Shown here: positions 43,626-43,862 of the stretch, in pieces
How positions within the stretch are numbered: position 1 is the stretch's first letter
Layout: every line of letters begins with the position of its first letter
IMG/VR virus record: IMGVR_UViG_3300037483_000078
Location: 1 to 43,862 of that record
DNA: 43,862 bases
Strand: one strand, 5' to 3'
Source of the DNA: a virus
Lineage: Duplodnaviria; Caudoviricetes
Program-made: the position numbers and the translations under genes
Notes under the pieces: generated by a model
Database searches by the model: none
What the model was told of the DNA's origin: nothing
Seen by the model: only the letters and a program-made list of their open reading frames with translations

Positions 43626-43862
43626 TACAAATCCCGCATCAGTTCAGCGATGCCGGGAAGTCCCTTGGTCGGGTTGCGCGCCATCCACGCCAGCAGCGGA
43701 ATGAGAAACCCCGGTGCCAGCCATTGAGGATGATCGAACGCCAGCAGGTAGACTCCGTAGATGTTGTTGTTGGTCGCGTCCGCGACTCCTTGCCACTCGG
43801 ATGTGTCGCCGAGAATCGGATAGGTCGCGGCGATGGTTTCCGTGCCTCCTACTGGCACGTCG
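43020..43862. repeat. Imperfect terminal duplication, copy 2 (pairs with 1..843)
   Basis: Offset 43019; about 91% identical by hand count. Confidence 0.95.
43625..43862 (-). CDS. 3' part of the 274-aa protein (second allele of 606..1430)
   Basis: Same C-terminus with N>D and L>I changes. Confidence 0.85.
   Translation of the reverse strand, partial: DVPVGGTETIAATYPILGDTSEWQGVADATNNNIYGVYLLAFDHPQWLAPGFLIPLLAWMARNPTKGLPGIAELMRDL

Noticed and set aside
43020-43862. True direct terminal repeat of the virion DNA
   Set aside because: About 9% diverged and cuts through genes; the late-to-early junction expected to hold the real ends is at about 37.7-38.35 kb

Overview
The window is essentially one complete genome (unit length 43,019 bp) of a temperate T7-like phage (Autographiviridae), circularly permuted, with every credible gene on the minus strand. 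In transcription order (high to low coordinates from about 37.7 kb) it carries early genes (pentapeptide-repeat protein, small ORFs, minimal ATP-dependent ligase), a MarR-like regulator, a small membrane ORF, a tyrosine integrase whose 3' end runs through an attP made of the 3' 63 nt of tRNA-Leu(UAG), and a single-subunit RNA polymerase. Next come SSB, RusA-like resolvase, amidase, primase-helicase, family A DNA polymerase and exonuclease; then portal, scaffold, major capsid, tail tubes, internal virion proteins and tail fibre. A three-gene cassette ending in a TIGR03790-like protein follows, then a holin-like ORF, both terminase subunits and a GNAT acetyltransferase. Bases 1-843 and 43020-43862 are the same locus in two alleles (about 75 substitutions by hand count, no indels, last 127 nt identical). 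The most notable features are the two-allele TIGR03790-like cassette, a cluster of structured non-coding RNA containing a CCA-ending tRNA-like element, the attP/promoter/terminator arrangement gating the RNAP gene, five homing-type endonucleases (one frameshifted in a G run), and a de novo phage promoter consensus. All family calls come from motif recognition by eye; no searches were run.
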